Positions 46,795 to 61,595 of a stretch of 64,000 nt of DNA are shown piece after piece. Made by a program: the position numbers and the translations under genes. Under the pieces are notes generated by a model. It had not been told where the DNA came from. It saw nothing but the letters and a program-made list of their open reading frames with translations, and made no database searches. Location of the stretch: contig CAWHAZ010000005.1 of assembly GCA_963827475.1 (NCBI GenBank), positions 448,001 through 512,000 of the forward strand, given 5' to 3'. The first letter of the stretch is position 1, and each line of letters opens with the position of its first letter. Origin of the DNA: an uncultured Chloroflexia bacterium. Lineage in GTDB: Bacteria; Chloroflexota; Limnocylindria; QHBO01.

Positions 46795-47381
46795 ATGAAG
46801 GTCGTCTGTGGGCTGGGCAATCCCGGGGACCGGTACCGGCTGACGCGTCACAACGTCGGGTTCCGGGTGATCGACCTGCTCGCGGACCAGTGGAAGGTCA
46901 GCAAGGGCACGGTCAAGGACGGATCCGCTCGGCTGGAGGTCGACCGTGGCGATCCGGCCGGTCGCGTCCTGCTCGTCAAGCCGGCACGGTTCATGAACCA
47001 GTCCGGCCCGCCCCTCCGCGCCGCGCTCCGGAACGTGAACGCGGCGTACGAGACCGACCTGCTGGTCGTGACCGATGACGTGGACCTGCCGCTGGGACGG
47101 CTCCGCCTGCGGCGTGGCGGCTCGGCCGGCGGCCACAACGGCCTGCGCGACATCATCGAGACCCTGGGCACCGACCAGTTTGCGCGGCTGCGGGTCGGCA
47201 TCGGTCGCAACGGCGAGATGGTCGACCACGTCCTGTCCACGTTCAGCCGGGACGAGGAGGAGCTGGCCCGCGAAGCGATCATGACCGCAGCTGACGCGGT
47301 CGAGACCTGGCTGGTGCAGGGCGTGGAGGAGGCGATGAACGCGTTCAACGGGGTCGACCTGGACGAGCCACCCGCCGGGCC

Positions 47382-47385
<4 letters not shown>
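46795..47385 (+). CDS. pth: Peptidyl-tRNA hydrolase
   Basis: GLGNPG, TRHNVGF, FMNQSG, GGHNGL. Confidence 0.96.
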
Positions 47386-50752
<3,367 letters not shown>

Positions 50753-50756
<4 letters not shown>

Positions 50757-52027
50757 GGCCGCGCTCCGCGCGGCGCGCCTATGCCGTCTACCTCTGGCTC
50801 GAGGGGGCGGAGTTCTACTGCTACATGCTGGTGTTCACGGCCGGCGCCCTGTACGGCATCCAGGTGGCGGGCCTCGATGCGCTCCAGCTGGTCCTGGTCG
50901 GCACCGCCCTCGAGATCGCGGCCCTCGTGTTCGAGGTTCCGACCGGCCTCGTGGCCGACACCGTCAGCCGCCGGCTCTCGATCATCATCGGCTGCCTGTT
51001 CATCGGTGCCGGCTTCATCCTCTGGGGCCTGGTCCCGGTCTTCCTGCCCATCCTGCTGGCCCAGGTCCTGTGGGGCCTGGGTGCCACGTTCCAGTCCGGT
51101 GCAACGGAGGCCTGGATCGCGGACGAGCTCGGGGGCCACGAGGTGGGGCAGACCTACCTGCGCGGTTCCCAGCTCGGCTACGGCGCTGCCGCGCTTGGGA
51201 TCGTCAGCAGCGCGTTGCTCGGATCAGCGTTCGGGCTGGCGGTGCCGATGGTGGTCGGAGGCATCGGCTTCCTGGTGATCGCGGCCACGCTGGTCGCGTT
51301 CATGCCCGAGGACCACTACGCGCCGGAACCGCGCGGCGACCGGAGCCGGGCGCGAACGATGGGCGATACGCTCACTGCCGGGATCCGGACCGTCCGCGCC
51401 CGCCCGGTGCTGCTGACCATCCTGCTCATCACCTTCCTCGGGGCGGGCGCGAGCGAGACCTTCGACCGGCTGTGGGAGTTCCACCTCCTCGACAACTTCA
51501 CGTTCCCGACGATCGTCGAGCTGCCGCCGATCGCCTGGTTCGGCCTCATCAGCGTCACCACCCTCCTGACCAGCATCGCCGTCGCAGAGGTCGCGCGCCG
51601 ACGAGTGGACACCGACAGCCACGTCGCGACCGCCCGCGCCCTGCTGGGCATGGACGCCGCCCTGATGGTGGCCATGGTCGTGTTCGGGCTGGCCGTGAGC
51701 TTCGAGATGGCCGTCGCGGCGTACCTGGTCGCGCGGGTCATGCGCCGGGTGACGATCCCGATCAGCACGGCCTGGATCAACCAGAGCCTGACCCCGAACG
51801 TGCGGGCCACGGTGATGTCCCTCAACGCCCAGACCGATGCGGTCGGCCAGATCGCGGGCGGCCCGCTGCTGGGCGCGTTGGCGGTCAGCGCCGGCACCCC
51901 GGCCGCGATGCTGGCCGCCGCCGCGTTCATCGCTCCGTCGCTGTTCCTCTACCTCCGGACGATCCGGCTCCACGGCCGTGACGTGATCGGCGACGATGGC
52001 CCTCCCGAGGAGGAGCCAGCGGCGTGA
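50753..52027 (+). CDS. MFS transporter resembling the TetA(P)/Tet(40) family
   Basis: QLVLVGTALE..FEVPTGLVAD..SRRLS; AQVLWGLGATFQSGATEAWIADE. About 12 TM. GTGA overlap with mfd. Confidence 0.85.
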
Positions 52028-52551
52028 ATCCGATCCGACTCCGCGATGCGACCCTCGACGACGCCGACCTGCTGGACGCGTGGGCCGCCTCACCCGAGAT
52101 CCGCGGCGAGTTCAACGACTTTGGGCTGGGGTCCGGCGACCGTTCCAGCGTCCGCTCTGCCCTGGCTGAAGGCCCGCTCCGCAACGAGCGGAGCGGCGAG
52201 ATGCTCGTCGAGCGGGTTGCCGATGGCGCACCCATCGGCACCGTCGGCTGGCACGAGGTCTTCTACGGACCCGGTCCGCTGTGCCGGGCATGGAATATCG
52301 GGATCGCGATCATCCCCGAAGCCCGCGGCCAGGGCTACGGATCGTTCGCCCAGCGCATGCTCGCTGACTACCTGTTCGAACAGACCGATGCCAACCGCGT
52401 CGAGGCCCAGACCGACGTCGACAACCTCCCCGAACAGCGCGCGCTCGAGAAGGCCGGCTTCCTCCGCGAGGGCGTTGCCCGTGGCTCCCAATACCGTGCC
52501 GGCGCCTACCGCGACCTGATCACCTACGCGCGGCTGCGCGGCGACACCTGA
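52024..52551 (+). CDS. GNAT (RimJ/RimL-type) acetyltransferase
   Basis: EARGQGYG, N..EQRALEKAGF.REG. Confidence 0.88.
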   Translation: MNPIRLRDATLDDADLLDAWAASPEIRGEFNDFGLGSGDRSSVRSALAEGPLRNERSGEMLVERVADGAPIGTVGWHEVFYGPGPLCRAWNIGIAIIPEARGQGYGSFAQRMLADYLFEQTDANRVEAQTDVDNLPEQRALEKAGFLREGVARGSQYRAGAYRDLITYARLRGDT

Positions 52552-52633
52552 GGCGTATACTCGAACGCGAATCTCGACCCGGGACGGGCGCACCCGTCCG
52601 GCGCCGATCAGCATCGACTGAGGAGGCGCGATC

Positions 52634-55318
52634 GTGACGACCCAACCCCTGCCCGATCCTTCGGCTGCGCGCGCGACGCTGCGGGTCGGCGAGAGCTCGT
52701 ATCGGTATTACGACCTCACCGCCCTCGGCATCCAGGACCTCGACCGGCTGCCGTACACCGTCAAGGTCCTGATCGAGAATGCCGCGCGGCACGCGGCGTC
52801 GGGGAGTGGCCTGGTCACCTCCGACGACCTGGCAACGCTGGCCGGCTGGCGCCCGGACACCGACCCGGGCACCACCGAGCTGCCGTTCCTCCCCGCGCGG
52901 GTCATTCTCCAGGACTTCACCGGCGTCCCGTGCGTCGTGGACCTGGCCGCCATGCGCGACGCGATCGCGGACATGGGTGGCGACCCCGACCGCGTCAACC
53001 CCCTCGTCCCCGCCGACCTGGTCATCGACCACTCGGTCCAGGTCGACCAGTACGGCTCCGACGCCGCGTTCCTGATCAACGTCGAGCGCGAGTACGAGCG
53101 CAACGGGGAGCGGTACGCGCTCCTCCGCTGGGCGCAGGGCGCGTTCGCCAACTTCCGGGTCGTGCCGCCGGGGACCGGGATCGTCCACCAGGTCAATCTC
53201 GAGTACCTCGCCGACGTGGTCACCGCCCGCCCCGACCCGGACGGCACGCTGACTGCCTTCCCCGACACCCTGGTCGGGACCGACTCCCACACGACCATGA
53301 TCAACGGCCTGGGTGTCGTCGGCTGGGGCGTGGGCGGGATCGAGGCCGAGGCAGCGCTCCTCGGCCAGCCGCTGTACCAGCCGCTCCCCACGGTCGTCGG
53401 TTTCCGCCTTGACGGGGCGCTGCGACCCGGCACCACAGCCACCGACCTGGTCCTGACCGTTACCGAGATGCTCCGTGCCCACGGAGTGGTCGGTAAGTTC
53501 GTCGAGTTCCACGGCGCCGGCCTGTCGCGCCTGGGGCTGGCCGACCGGGCCACGATCAGCAACATGAGCCCCGAGTTCGGGGCCACGGCCACCCTGTTCC
53601 CGGTCGACGACGAGACCGTCCGCTACCTGCGCATGACCGGCCGATCTGACGAGGTCGTTGCCCGGGTCGAGGCCTACGCCAGGGCCCAGCACCTGTTCCG
53701 GACCGATGCCTCGCCGGAGCCTGTCTTCAACGAGTCCCTGTCACTGGACCTGGCCGATGTCGAGCCCTCCCTGGCCGGGCCGAAGCGGCCGCAGGACCGG
53801 GTGTCGCTGCCGGGGCTGCCGGAGAACTTCCGGACGGTCTACGCCGATGCATTGGACCGATCGGCAACGGTCCGCCTGAACGGCACGACCGATTCGCTCC
53901 GCTCCGGATCGGTGCTCATCGCCGCCATCACGTCCTGCACCAACACCTCGAACCCCTCGGTCATGGTCGCCGCCGGGCTGGTGGCCCAGAAGGCCGTCGA
54001 GCGCGGGCTGACTGTGCCGAAGTGGGTGAAGACCTCGTTCGCACCCGGATCGAAGGTGGTGACCCAGTACCTCGGCGACGCCGGCCTGATGGAGCCGCTC
54101 GAGGCGTTGGGCTTCCACCTCGTCGGCTTCGGCTGCACGACCTGCATCGGCAACTCCGGCCCGCTGGCGGAGCCGATCGCGGCCGCGGTGGAGGAGACCG
54201 ACCTGGTGGGGGTATCGGTCCTGTCCGGCAACCGGAACTTCGAGGGCCGCATCCATCCGCTGACCCGTGCCTCGTACCTCGCCTCGCCGCCGCTGGTGGT
54301 GGCGTTTGCGCTGGCCGGACGGATCGACCTCGACCTGACGACCGAGCCGCTGGGTGTCGGCGCCGATGGCGCATCGGTGTTTCTCGCCGACCTGTGGCCC
54401 ACCGCTGACGAGGTCGATGCGGTGGTGGCCGAGCGAGTGCGGTCGGACATCTTCCGCCGCGAGTACGCATCGGTCTTTGACGGGGACGATCACTGGCGCG
54501 AGCTGCCGGTCCCGGAGGGCGGGCGGTACGCGTGGGATTCCTCGTCGACCTACGTCGCCCGGCCGCCATTTTTCGACGGGCTGGGCGCCGAGCCGCCGCC
54601 GCTGGCGGACATCGTGGACGCCCGGGTTCTGGCGTGGATGGGGGACTCGGTCACGACTGACCACATCTCGCCGGCGGGTTCCATCCCGCAGACCAGCCCC
54701 GCCGGGCAGTGGCTGATCGAGCACGGCGTGGAGCCGCGTGACTTCAACTCCTACGGGGCGCGGCGCGGGCATCACGAGGTGCTGGTCCGCGGCACGTTCG
54801 CGAACATCCGGCTGCGCAACCGGCTCGTGGCCGACGCCGAGGGCAACGTCACCGAGCACTTCCCGAGCGGGGAGCGGACGACGATCTACGAGGCGTCGCA
54901 GCGATATCTCGCCGCCGGGATTCCGCTGATCGTGCTGGCAGGCCGCGAGTACGGCTCCGGCTCCTCACGGGACTGGGCGGCGAAGGGACCGCTCCTCCAG
55001 GGCGTGAAGGCCGTGATCGCCGCGTCGTACGAGCGGATCCATCGGTCGAACCTGCTGGGGATGGGCATCCTGCCGTTGCAGTTCGCGGATGGCGGGGACG
55101 CCGACACGGTGGGCCTGACCGGTCGCGAGACGTTCACCATCCGCGGCATCGCCGCCGGCCTGCAGCCGCGCCAGCGGCTCGAGGTCGAGGCCCACGGCGA
55201 GGACGGGGTGGTCCGCACCTTCCCGGCCGTCGTCCGCCTCGATGGACCGGTGGACGTCGAGTACTACCGCCAGGGCGGCGTGCTGCAGACCGTGCTCCGG
55301 AGGCTCGCCACGAGCTGA
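52634..55318 (+). CDS. acnA: Aconitate hydratase A
   Basis: QDFTGVP, DHSVQVD, GTDSHT, SCTNTSNP, GCTTCIGNSG, GSSRDWAAKG. Confidence 0.98.
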   Translation: MTTQPLPDPSAARATLRVGESSYRYYDLTALGIQDLDRLPYTVKVLIENAARHAASGSGLVTSDDLATLAGWRPDTDPGTTELPFLPARVILQDFTGVPCVVDLAAMRDAIADMGGDPDRVNPLVPADLVIDHSVQVDQYGSDAAFLINVEREYERNGERYALLRWAQGAFANFRVVPPGTGIVHQVNLEYLADVVTARPDPDGTLTAFPDTLVGTDSHTTMINGLGVVGWGVGGIEAEAALLGQPLYQPLPTVVGFRLDGALRPGTTATDLVLTVTEMLRAHGVVGKFVEFHGAGLSRLGLADRATISNMSPEFGATATLFPVDDETVRYLRMTGRSDEVVARVEAYARAQHLFRTDASPEPVFNESLSLDLADVEPSLAGPKRPQDRVSLPGLPENFRTVYADALDRSATVRLNGTTDSLRSGSVLIAAITSCTNTSNPSVMVAAGLVAQKAVERGLTVPKWVKTSFAPGSKVVTQYLGDAGLMEPLEALGFHLVGFGCTTCIGNSGPLAEPIAAAVEETDLVGVSVLSGNRNFEGRIHPLTRASYLASPPLVVAFALAGRIDLDLTTEPLGVGADGASVFLADLWPTADEVDAVVAERVRSDIFRREYASVFDGDDHWRELPVPEGGRYAWDSSSTYVARPPFFDGLGAEPPPLADIVDARVLAWMGDSVTTDHISPAGSIPQTSPAGQWLIEHGVEPRDFNSYGARRGHHEVLVRGTFANIRLRNRLVADAEGNVTEHFPSGERTTIYEASQRYLAAGIPLIVLAGREYGSGSSRDWAAKGPLLQGVKAVIAASYERIHRSNLLGMGILPLQFADGGDADTVGLTGRETFTIRGIAAGLQPRQRLEVEAHGEDGVVRTFPAVVRLDGPVDVEYYRQGGVLQTVLRRLATS

Positions 55319-55341
55319 GGCCGGCCGCGACCCGGACACGC

Positions 55342-55374
55342 CGAGACCCGGGATTGCTCCCGGGTCTCGTACTT
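55342..55374. terminator. Hairpin terminator between convergent genes
   Basis: CGAGACCCGGGA-TTGC-TCCCGGGTCTCG perfect 12-bp stem followed by TACTT. Confidence 0.75.
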
Positions 55375-55403
55375 CCCGGCTTGGAGGGCCAGTAAGGGAA
55401 GCC

Positions 55404-55613
55404 TCAGTACATCGACGGTCCCGACAGGGGGGTCGTGTCCACGTAGATCGGGGTCGTGTTCTGGACCAGGTCGTGGGCCGGAGCGGCTGGGGTTCCAAGG
55501 TTCATGGCGACGAGGGCGATGACGGCGACCAGGACGAGCATCGCGAGCGCCCCGCCGATGGCTCCAAGGACCGCCGATCCGGTGTTGGTGGTGGGATACG
55601 AGATGGTGGTCAT
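55404..55613 (-). CDS. Small single-TM hypothetical protein (69 aa)
   Basis: One long hydrophobic segment, GGGAG SD, ends next to the terminator. Confidence 0.65.
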   Translation of the reverse strand: MTTISYPTTNTGSAVLGAIGGALAMLVLVAVIALVAMNLGTPAAPAHDLVQNTTPIYVDTTPLSGPSMY

Positions 55614-55744
55614 TGGTCGGGTCTCCCGGTGATTGCGGTTGGGAAGGTGCTGCGCAGCATCGGTCCAGGCGGATCCGGATCCCTAGCGGCGGGGCGACGG
55701 TCGCGCTGTCGTTCAGCCGACAGGGCGGGGATCGTGGTGCCCGG

Positions 55745-58081
55745 TCAGGCGCTGAGCGAGCTCTCCCAGCTGTGGGCGAGGGCCTCGGGCACCGCGTCGG
55801 CGGGGAGGGGCGGCGAGAAGTGGTAGCCCTGGCCCAGGCGGCAGCCCAGCTCCCGGAGGCGCACGACCTGGTCGCCGCGCTCGATCCCCTCCGCGAGGAC
55901 CTGGAGGCGGAGCGTCTGGCCCAGCTTGATGATCGAGCGGAGGAGGACCGGCACCTCCCGGTCGTCCCCAAGTGAGGCCGTGAACGATCGGTCGATCTTC
56001 AGCAGGTCCACCGGCAACCGCTCGAGGTAGCTGAGCGATGAGTAGCCGGTCCCGAAGTCGTCCATCGCCAGCTGGACGCCGAGGCCACGGAGGCGGATCA
56101 GCGTCTCCTCGGTATCGGCCACGTCGGCCATCAACGCGCTCTCGGTGACCTCCAGCAGCAGGCGGCCCGGGGCCAGCTCGGCGTCGCCCAGGGCGCCGGC
56201 CACCATGTCGACCAGGTGCGGATTCGCGAGTTGGCGGGTGGAGACGTTGACGCTGACCAGGGGCCGGTGGCCGTTCGTGACCGGCAGCGCGTTCGCCGCG
56301 TCCCAGTCCGCCATTTGGCGGCACGCTTCCCCGGCGACCCACGCCCCGAGCGGGACGATGAGACCCGTCTCCTCGGCGGCCGGGATGAACTCGGCCGGCT
56401 CGATGAGCCCGCGTTCGGGATGCCGCCAGCGAACGAGGGCCTCGAGGCCGGCCAGCCGGCCGTTGCGCAGGTCCACGAATGGCTGGTAGTGCAGGACGAA
56501 GTCACCGCGGCTGATCGCGTGCTCGAGCTCGGTCCGCAGCTCCTGCCGGCGGATGACGGCGAGGTGCATCCGCGGCTCGAAGAACTCGATCCGGCCCTTG
56601 CCGCGCGCCTTGGCGGTGTACATCGCCAGGTCGGCGTGACGAAGCAGGTCATCCGCGGACGTGCCTGCCTGGGTCACCGCCACCCCGGCGCTGCCCCGGG
56701 CGAACACCTGCTTGCCCTGCAGGTCGAACGGGGAGCGAAGGGCGGCGAGCACCCGCTCAGCCACCCGGCGGGCGGACTCGCGGTTCGTCTCCTCGAGCAG
56801 GATCGCGAACTCGTCGCCACCGAAGCGGGCGACCGTGTCCTCGGGCCGCATCACGCCGCGCAGCCGCTCCGCGACGGCGGTGAGGAGCTGATCACCCGCC
56901 GCGTGACCGAGGCTGTCGTTCACCGTCTTGAAGTCGTCGAGGTCGAGGAACACGACGGCCAGTGACCGCTTCGCGCGCTGGCGGGCCATGGCGTGCGCGA
57001 GGCGGTCCGCGAACAGGGCCCGGTTCGCCAGCCCGGTCAGCGAATCGTGGAACGCCTGGTGCTGGAGCTGGCGCTCGAGCTCCTTGCGGAGGGTGATGTC
57101 GTGGACGAGGGCCGAGAAGCTGACCGATTCTCCCGCCCCAACCGCCCAGATCGTGAGCTCGACCGGGAACTCCCGCCCGTCACGGTGCAGGGCGTTGACC
57201 TCGAACCGGGTGCCGAGGACCGGCCCCTCCCCGGTCTCGTGGAAGCGGGCGATCCCGAGCCGGTGCGCGTCGCGCTGCTCGAGGGGAATGATCCGATCGG
57301 CCAGCTGCCGGCCGATCATCTCGTCGCGGCTCCAGCCGAACGTCTGCTCCGCGGCGGTGTTCCAGTCGATGACCGCCCCGTCACGGTCCATGGCGATATA
57401 CGCGTAGCTCGCCGTCTCGATGATCCGGCGCGTCTGCTCCTCGCTCTGGCGGAGCGCCTCTTCGACGTTCTTCTGGTCGGTGATATCGACGATGTAGCCG
57501 CGGAAGAATGCCGGCACGCCGTGCTCGTCGGCGATGATCACCGCCTCGTCCCGAATCCAGACCACCTGTCCGTTGCGGGAGAGCATGCGGTACTCGCTGG
57601 CGCTCACCACTCCCGCCTCGCGGCTCCAGTCCTCGTCCTCTTCCTGCTGGACGCGGGCCCGGTCGTCCGGATGGATCTGCCGCATCCACAGCGTGGAGTC
57701 GGCCATCCACTCCTGCGCGCTGAAGCCGAGGAGGGACTCGATCCGCGGGCTGACGTAGTTCCAGGTCGCCTCCGGACCGAAGCCGGCGATGTACAGCGCG
57801 GCCGGCAGCCGCTCCACCAGGGCGCGGAACGTCCCCTCCTCGGATTCCAGGCCGGCCAGGTGGGCCCCGGCGCGGCTGGCGGCGGTGACCCGCTGCCACA
57901 GCATCACGCCCTGGGCCGCGGCCAGCATCACGAGCACCGCCGTGATCGCGCTGGTGACCATGAACTGGCGCGGCTGCATCCAGCTGGAGAGCAGCACGAG
58001 GATCGCGACTCCGACCGAGGACACGAAGATGAAGCCGGGCAGGAGGCGTTCCACCCGCCGGCGCGTTCGTCCGGTCGACAT
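55745..58081 (-). CDS. Membrane-anchored PAS-PAS-GGDEF-EAL protein
   Basis: 2 TM, IHPDD PAS, intact GGDEF, EAL and DDFGTGYSS. Confidence 0.95.
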   Translation of the reverse strand: MSTGRTRRRVERLLPGFIFVSSVGVAILVLLSSWMQPRQFMVTSAITAVLVMLAAAQGVMLWQRVTAASRAGAHLAGLESEEGTFRALVERLPAALYIAGFGPEATWNYVSPRIESLLGFSAQEWMADSTLWMRQIHPDDRARVQQEEDEDWSREAGVVSASEYRMLSRNGQVVWIRDEAVIIADEHGVPAFFRGYIVDITDQKNVEEALRQSEEQTRRIIETASYAYIAMDRDGAVIDWNTAAEQTFGWSRDEMIGRQLADRIIPLEQRDAHRLGIARFHETGEGPVLGTRFEVNALHRDGREFPVELTIWAVGAGESVSFSALVHDITLRKELERQLQHQAFHDSLTGLANRALFADRLAHAMARQRAKRSLAVVFLDLDDFKTVNDSLGHAAGDQLLTAVAERLRGVMRPEDTVARFGGDEFAILLEETNRESARRVAERVLAALRSPFDLQGKQVFARGSAGVAVTQAGTSADDLLRHADLAMYTAKARGKGRIEFFEPRMHLAVIRRQELRTELEHAISRGDFVLHYQPFVDLRNGRLAGLEALVRWRHPERGLIEPAEFIPAAEETGLIVPLGAWVAGEACRQMADWDAANALPVTNGHRPLVSVNVSTRQLANPHLVDMVAGALGDAELAPGRLLLEVTESALMADVADTEETLIRLRGLGVQLAMDDFGTGYSSLSYLERLPVDLLKIDRSFTASLGDDREVPVLLRSIIKLGQTLRLQVLAEGIERGDQVVRLRELGCRLGQGYHFSPPLPADAVPEALAHSWESSLSA

Positions 58082-58218
58082 CGATTCCGACCCTAGCCCG
58101 CCCGGGTCCTGGGCACGATGGGCCAATGGTCCGGCTCGCGCGGGCGGCGCGATCGCGCCGCAATCGGGTGCGGCGGACGCGATTGCGAGCGCCTCTCCGT
58201 GCCGACTAGACTCCTCCG

Positions 58219-58749
58219 GTGACCGTCACCTCGACCGACGACCTGCGGAAGCTCATCCGCGAGGTCCCCGACTTCCCCAAGCCGGGCATCCTGTTCTACG
58301 ACATCACCACCCTGCTCAAGGACCCGGCTGCGTTCCGCGAGGTCGTCGACCGGATGGTGGAGCAGGTCCGCGGCACGCCGATCGACCTCGTGGTCGGGAT
58401 GGAGTCCCGCGGGTTCATCTTCAGCGCACCGATCGCCTATCAGCTGCAGGCGGGATTCGTCCCGGTCCGCAAGCTCGGGAAGCTGCCGGCCGAGACGATC
58501 GAGGTCGAGTACGCGCTCGAGTACGGCACGGCCACCCTGGAGATCCACCGCGATGCCATCCAGGCCGGGCAGCGGGTCCTGATCGTCGACGACCTGCTCG
58601 CCACCGGCGGGACGGTGATGGGCACCATCGAGCTCGTCCAGCGCCTCGGTGGGGAAGTCGCCGGCCTGTCGTTCATGGTCGAGCTCAGCGCCCTCCGCGG
58701 GCGCGAGCGACTCTCGCAGTTCGCCATCCACGCCCTGCTCACCTATTGA
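58219..58749 (+). CDS. apt: Adenine phosphoribosyltransferase
   Basis: [35 protein letters not shown]. Confidence 0.97.
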   Translation: MTVTSTDDLRKLIREVPDFPKPGILFYDITTLLKDPAAFREVVDRMVEQVRGTPIDLVVGMESRGFIFSAPIAYQLQAGFVPVRKLGKLPAETIEVEYALEYGTATLEIHRDAIQAGQRVLIVDDLLATGGTVMGTIELVQRLGGEVAGLSFMVELSALRGRERLSQFAIHALLTY

Positions 58750-58772
58750 CCGATACGCGAACGGGCTAACGG

Positions 58773-59646
58773 ATGACCACGGCGTCGGCCACCGCCTGGC
58801 ACGCCCGCCCGGTCACCGACCGGGAAGAGGCCGCCGTCTTCCTTCGGACCGACCGCCTGTACGCCGCGTACGCCCTCGGTGATCTCGATGCCGCCGCTCG
58901 TCGGCGGGCGGTGTGGGGGATGGCCTACGACGAAGCCGGCCGGCCGCGCGGCCTGGCCATGCAGCACATGGGCCTGCCACCGCAGCCGCTGTTCCTGATG
59001 GGCGACCCGGATGCCTGCCGGGCCATCCTGTCGTCCGTCGTTCGCCCGCGCTACGCCTTCGTCCAGGCCCGCCACGACCTCGCCTCCGCCTTCAGCGAGC
59101 TCTACCGCGTCGACCTGCCGGCCGGCCTGCTCCGGATGGTCGTCGACCGGGGCGACGTTCCGCCCGGTGGCGAGCGGCGCCGAGCGCCTGGTACCGGCCG
59201 ATATCGGTGACCTCAACCGGCTGTACCAGCTCGGCCTGGGCGGTGGGTTTCCCGCCTCCATCCTGGAGGACGGGGTCTACTACGGGGTCCGCGTCGGTGG
59301 GCGACTGGTCGCGGCCGCCGGGACCCACGTCATCAACGAGGCGGAGGGGATCGCGGTCGTCGGCAACGTCCTGACCCACGTCGGCCACCGTGGCCAGGGC
59401 CACGCCAAGGCCGCCACCTCCGGCGTCACGGCCGAGCTGCTGGGCCGCGTCCCGGACGTCGCCCTCAATGTCTACGCCGACAACGAGCCGGCGATCGCGG
59501 CCTATGCCCGGCTGGGGTACGGTGAGTACTGCCGCCTCGGCGAGTGGGTCGCCTATCGTCGCGCCGGCGGCTGGGATCTCATCCGCCCGCTTCGCGCAGC
59601 CCTGCGCTGGAGCTGGCCCCGAACCGACCGAGGACCGAACCGATGA
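58773..59646 (+). CDS. GNAT acetyltransferase (C-terminal GNAT/FR47-like domain), frameshift near 59150
   Basis: [35 protein letters not shown]-terminal half is in the 58773 frame. Confidence 0.82.
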
Positions 59647-59656
59647 TGGAGGCACC

Positions 59657-60910
59657 GTGAGCGACATTCGAGACCCTGGACTGGCCGACGAGGGCGCGCT
59701 GCGCATCGAGTGGGCAGACCGCCAGATGCCGGTCCTGGCCGGCATCCGCGACCGCCTGACCGCCGAGCGGCCGCTTGACGGCTGGCGGGTCAGCGCCTGC
59801 CTCCACGTCACGGCCGAGACGGCCAACCTGGCGCGGACCCTGGCCGCCGCGGGCGCGGACGTGGTGCTGTGCGCCTCGAACCCGCTGTCGACCCAGGACG
59901 AGGTCGCCGCCGCGCTGGTCAGCGACCACGGCATCGAGGTGTTCGCGATCAAGGGCGAGGACCGCGACACCTACTACGGCCACATCAACGCCGCCCTCGA
60001 CCATCGGCCCCAGCTGACCATGGATGACGGTTCCGACCTCGTCGGGGAGCTGCACAAGCATCGGTCCGACCTGCTGACCGAAGTCAGGGGCGGGACCGAG
60101 GAGACGACGACCGGCGTCATCCGGCTGCGGGCGATGGCCGCCGACGGCGCGCTGCGCTATCCGATCCTGGCGATCAACGAGGCCCTCACCAAGCACCTGT
60201 TCGACAACCGCTACGGCACGGGGCAGAGCGCGATCGACGGCATCCTGCGCGCGACCAACGTCCTGATCGCCGGCAAGACGGTCGTCGTTGGCGGCTACGG
60301 CTGGGTGGGGCGGGGCATCGCGTCCCGGGCGCATGGGATGGGGGCCAACGTCGTCATCGTCGAGATCGATCCGATCCGGGCCCTGGAGGCGGCGATGGAC
60401 GGCTTCCGGGTCATGACCAGTCTCGATGCCGCCGAAGCTGGCGACCTGTTCATCACCGCCACCGGCAACCTGCACGTGTTCGGCGGCGACCACTTCCGCC
60501 TGATGCGTGATGGCGCGATCCTGGCCAACGCCGGCCACTTCAACGACGAGTACGACCTGCCCGCGCTCGACGACATGGCCGCCGAGCAGCGAGACGTGCG
60601 CCCGTCGACCCGCGAGTACCGCCTGGCCGATGGCCGGCGGATCTACCTGCTGGCGGAGGGCCGGCTGGTCAACCTGGCGGCGGCCGAGGGCCACCCCAGC
60701 CTGGTCATGGACCTGTCATTCGCCAACCAGGCCCTCGGCGTGGAGTGGATCAGCCAGCACCACGCCGAGCTCGAGCCGCGGGTCTACGAGATCCCGCTCG
60801 AGATCGACCAGGAGGTGGCACGCCTCAAGCTGGCGAGCATGGGGATCGCCATCGACCGGCCCACCGACGAGCAGGTCGCCTACGCCGCCTCCTGGCAGCA
60901 GGGAACCTGA
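59657..60910 (+). CDS. ahcY: Adenosylhomocysteinase
   Basis: [56 protein letters not shown]. Confidence 0.97.
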   Translation: MSDIRDPGLADEGALRIEWADRQMPVLAGIRDRLTAERPLDGWRVSACLHVTAETANLARTLAAAGADVVLCASNPLSTQDEVAAALVSDHGIEVFAIKGEDRDTYYGHINAALDHRPQLTMDDGSDLVGELHKHRSDLLTEVRGGTEETTTGVIRLRAMAADGALRYPILAINEALTKHLFDNRYGTGQSAIDGILRATNVLIAGKTVVVGGYGWVGRGIASRAHGMGANVVIVEIDPIRALEAAMDGFRVMTSLDAAEAGDLFITATGNLHVFGGDHFRLMRDGAILANAGHFNDEYDLPALDDMAAEQRDVRPSTREYRLADGRRIYLLAEGRLVNLAAAEGHPSLVMDLSFANQALGVEWISQHHAELEPRVYEIPLEIDQEVARLKLASMGIAIDRPTDEQVAYAASWQQGT

Positions 60911-60914
60911 TCCG

Positions 60915-61463
60915 CTAGTTGCTGGCCTGGAAGTCCCCGCTGATGTTGATCCCGAGGACCGCTCCCCCGGTGGCCGAGAAGCCGGCCTGGTCGGAACACT
61001 CGAAGCTGCCGGCGGCGCCGTCTTCGTCGTGCTGAGTGATGTTCCAGTCGCAGTCCGCGGCCGGGATGACGAGGTCCTCGGTGACGTACTGGAATACGTT
61101 GTTCGCGTCATCGCCCTCCGGACCGATGGTGATGATCACCCCGTTCGCTTCGGTGGCATCCGTGTCGTCGGTGAAGACGAGGAACGAGACGCCGGCCTGC
61201 TGGAAGTAGGCGAAGTTACCGGCAAACGGCAGCTCGTCGCTCACGCTGTGACCGCCGCTCATCTCGAACTGGACCGAGCCGCTGCCGGTCCCGCCGCCAC
61301 CGCCACCGCCACCGGACTGGCTCTGGCCGGGCTCTTCGGATTGCGCAGGCGGCTCGCCGCCGGCTGAGGCACCAGGTTCACCACTACCCGAGGGGGAGGC
61401 GCACGCGGCAAGGATGAGTCCGATGAGAATGATGAGGACAGAGAAAACGTGTGGGCGACGCAT
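60915..61463 (-). CDS. Hypothetical lipoprotein
   Basis: Signal peptide with LAAC lipobox, Gly/Ser/Pro linker, beta-rich domain with two Cys. Confidence 0.75.
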   Translation of the reverse strand: MRRPHVFSVLIILIGLILAACASPSGSGEPGASAGGEPPAQSEEPGQSQSGGGGGGGGTGSGSVQFEMSGGHSVSDELPFAGNFAYFQQAGVSFLVFTDDTDATEANGVIITIGPEGDDANNVFQYVTEDLVIPAADCDWNITQHDEDGAAGSFECSDQAGFSATGGAVLGINISGDFQASN

Positions 61464-61595
61464 GTGATTCTCCTGTGCGAACGGCGGTCGAGTACTCGTC
61501 GACCGGGTTGAAGCGCCGATAGTAGCCTGCCCCCGCGGCCCCGAATACCCCTGAGCGGTGGTCGGCCCGGAGACCAGCCCCTACACTCGCCCCCC

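Noticed and set aside
61294-61320. GGY codon repeat run
   Set aside because: It simply encodes the poly-Gly linker of the lipoprotein.
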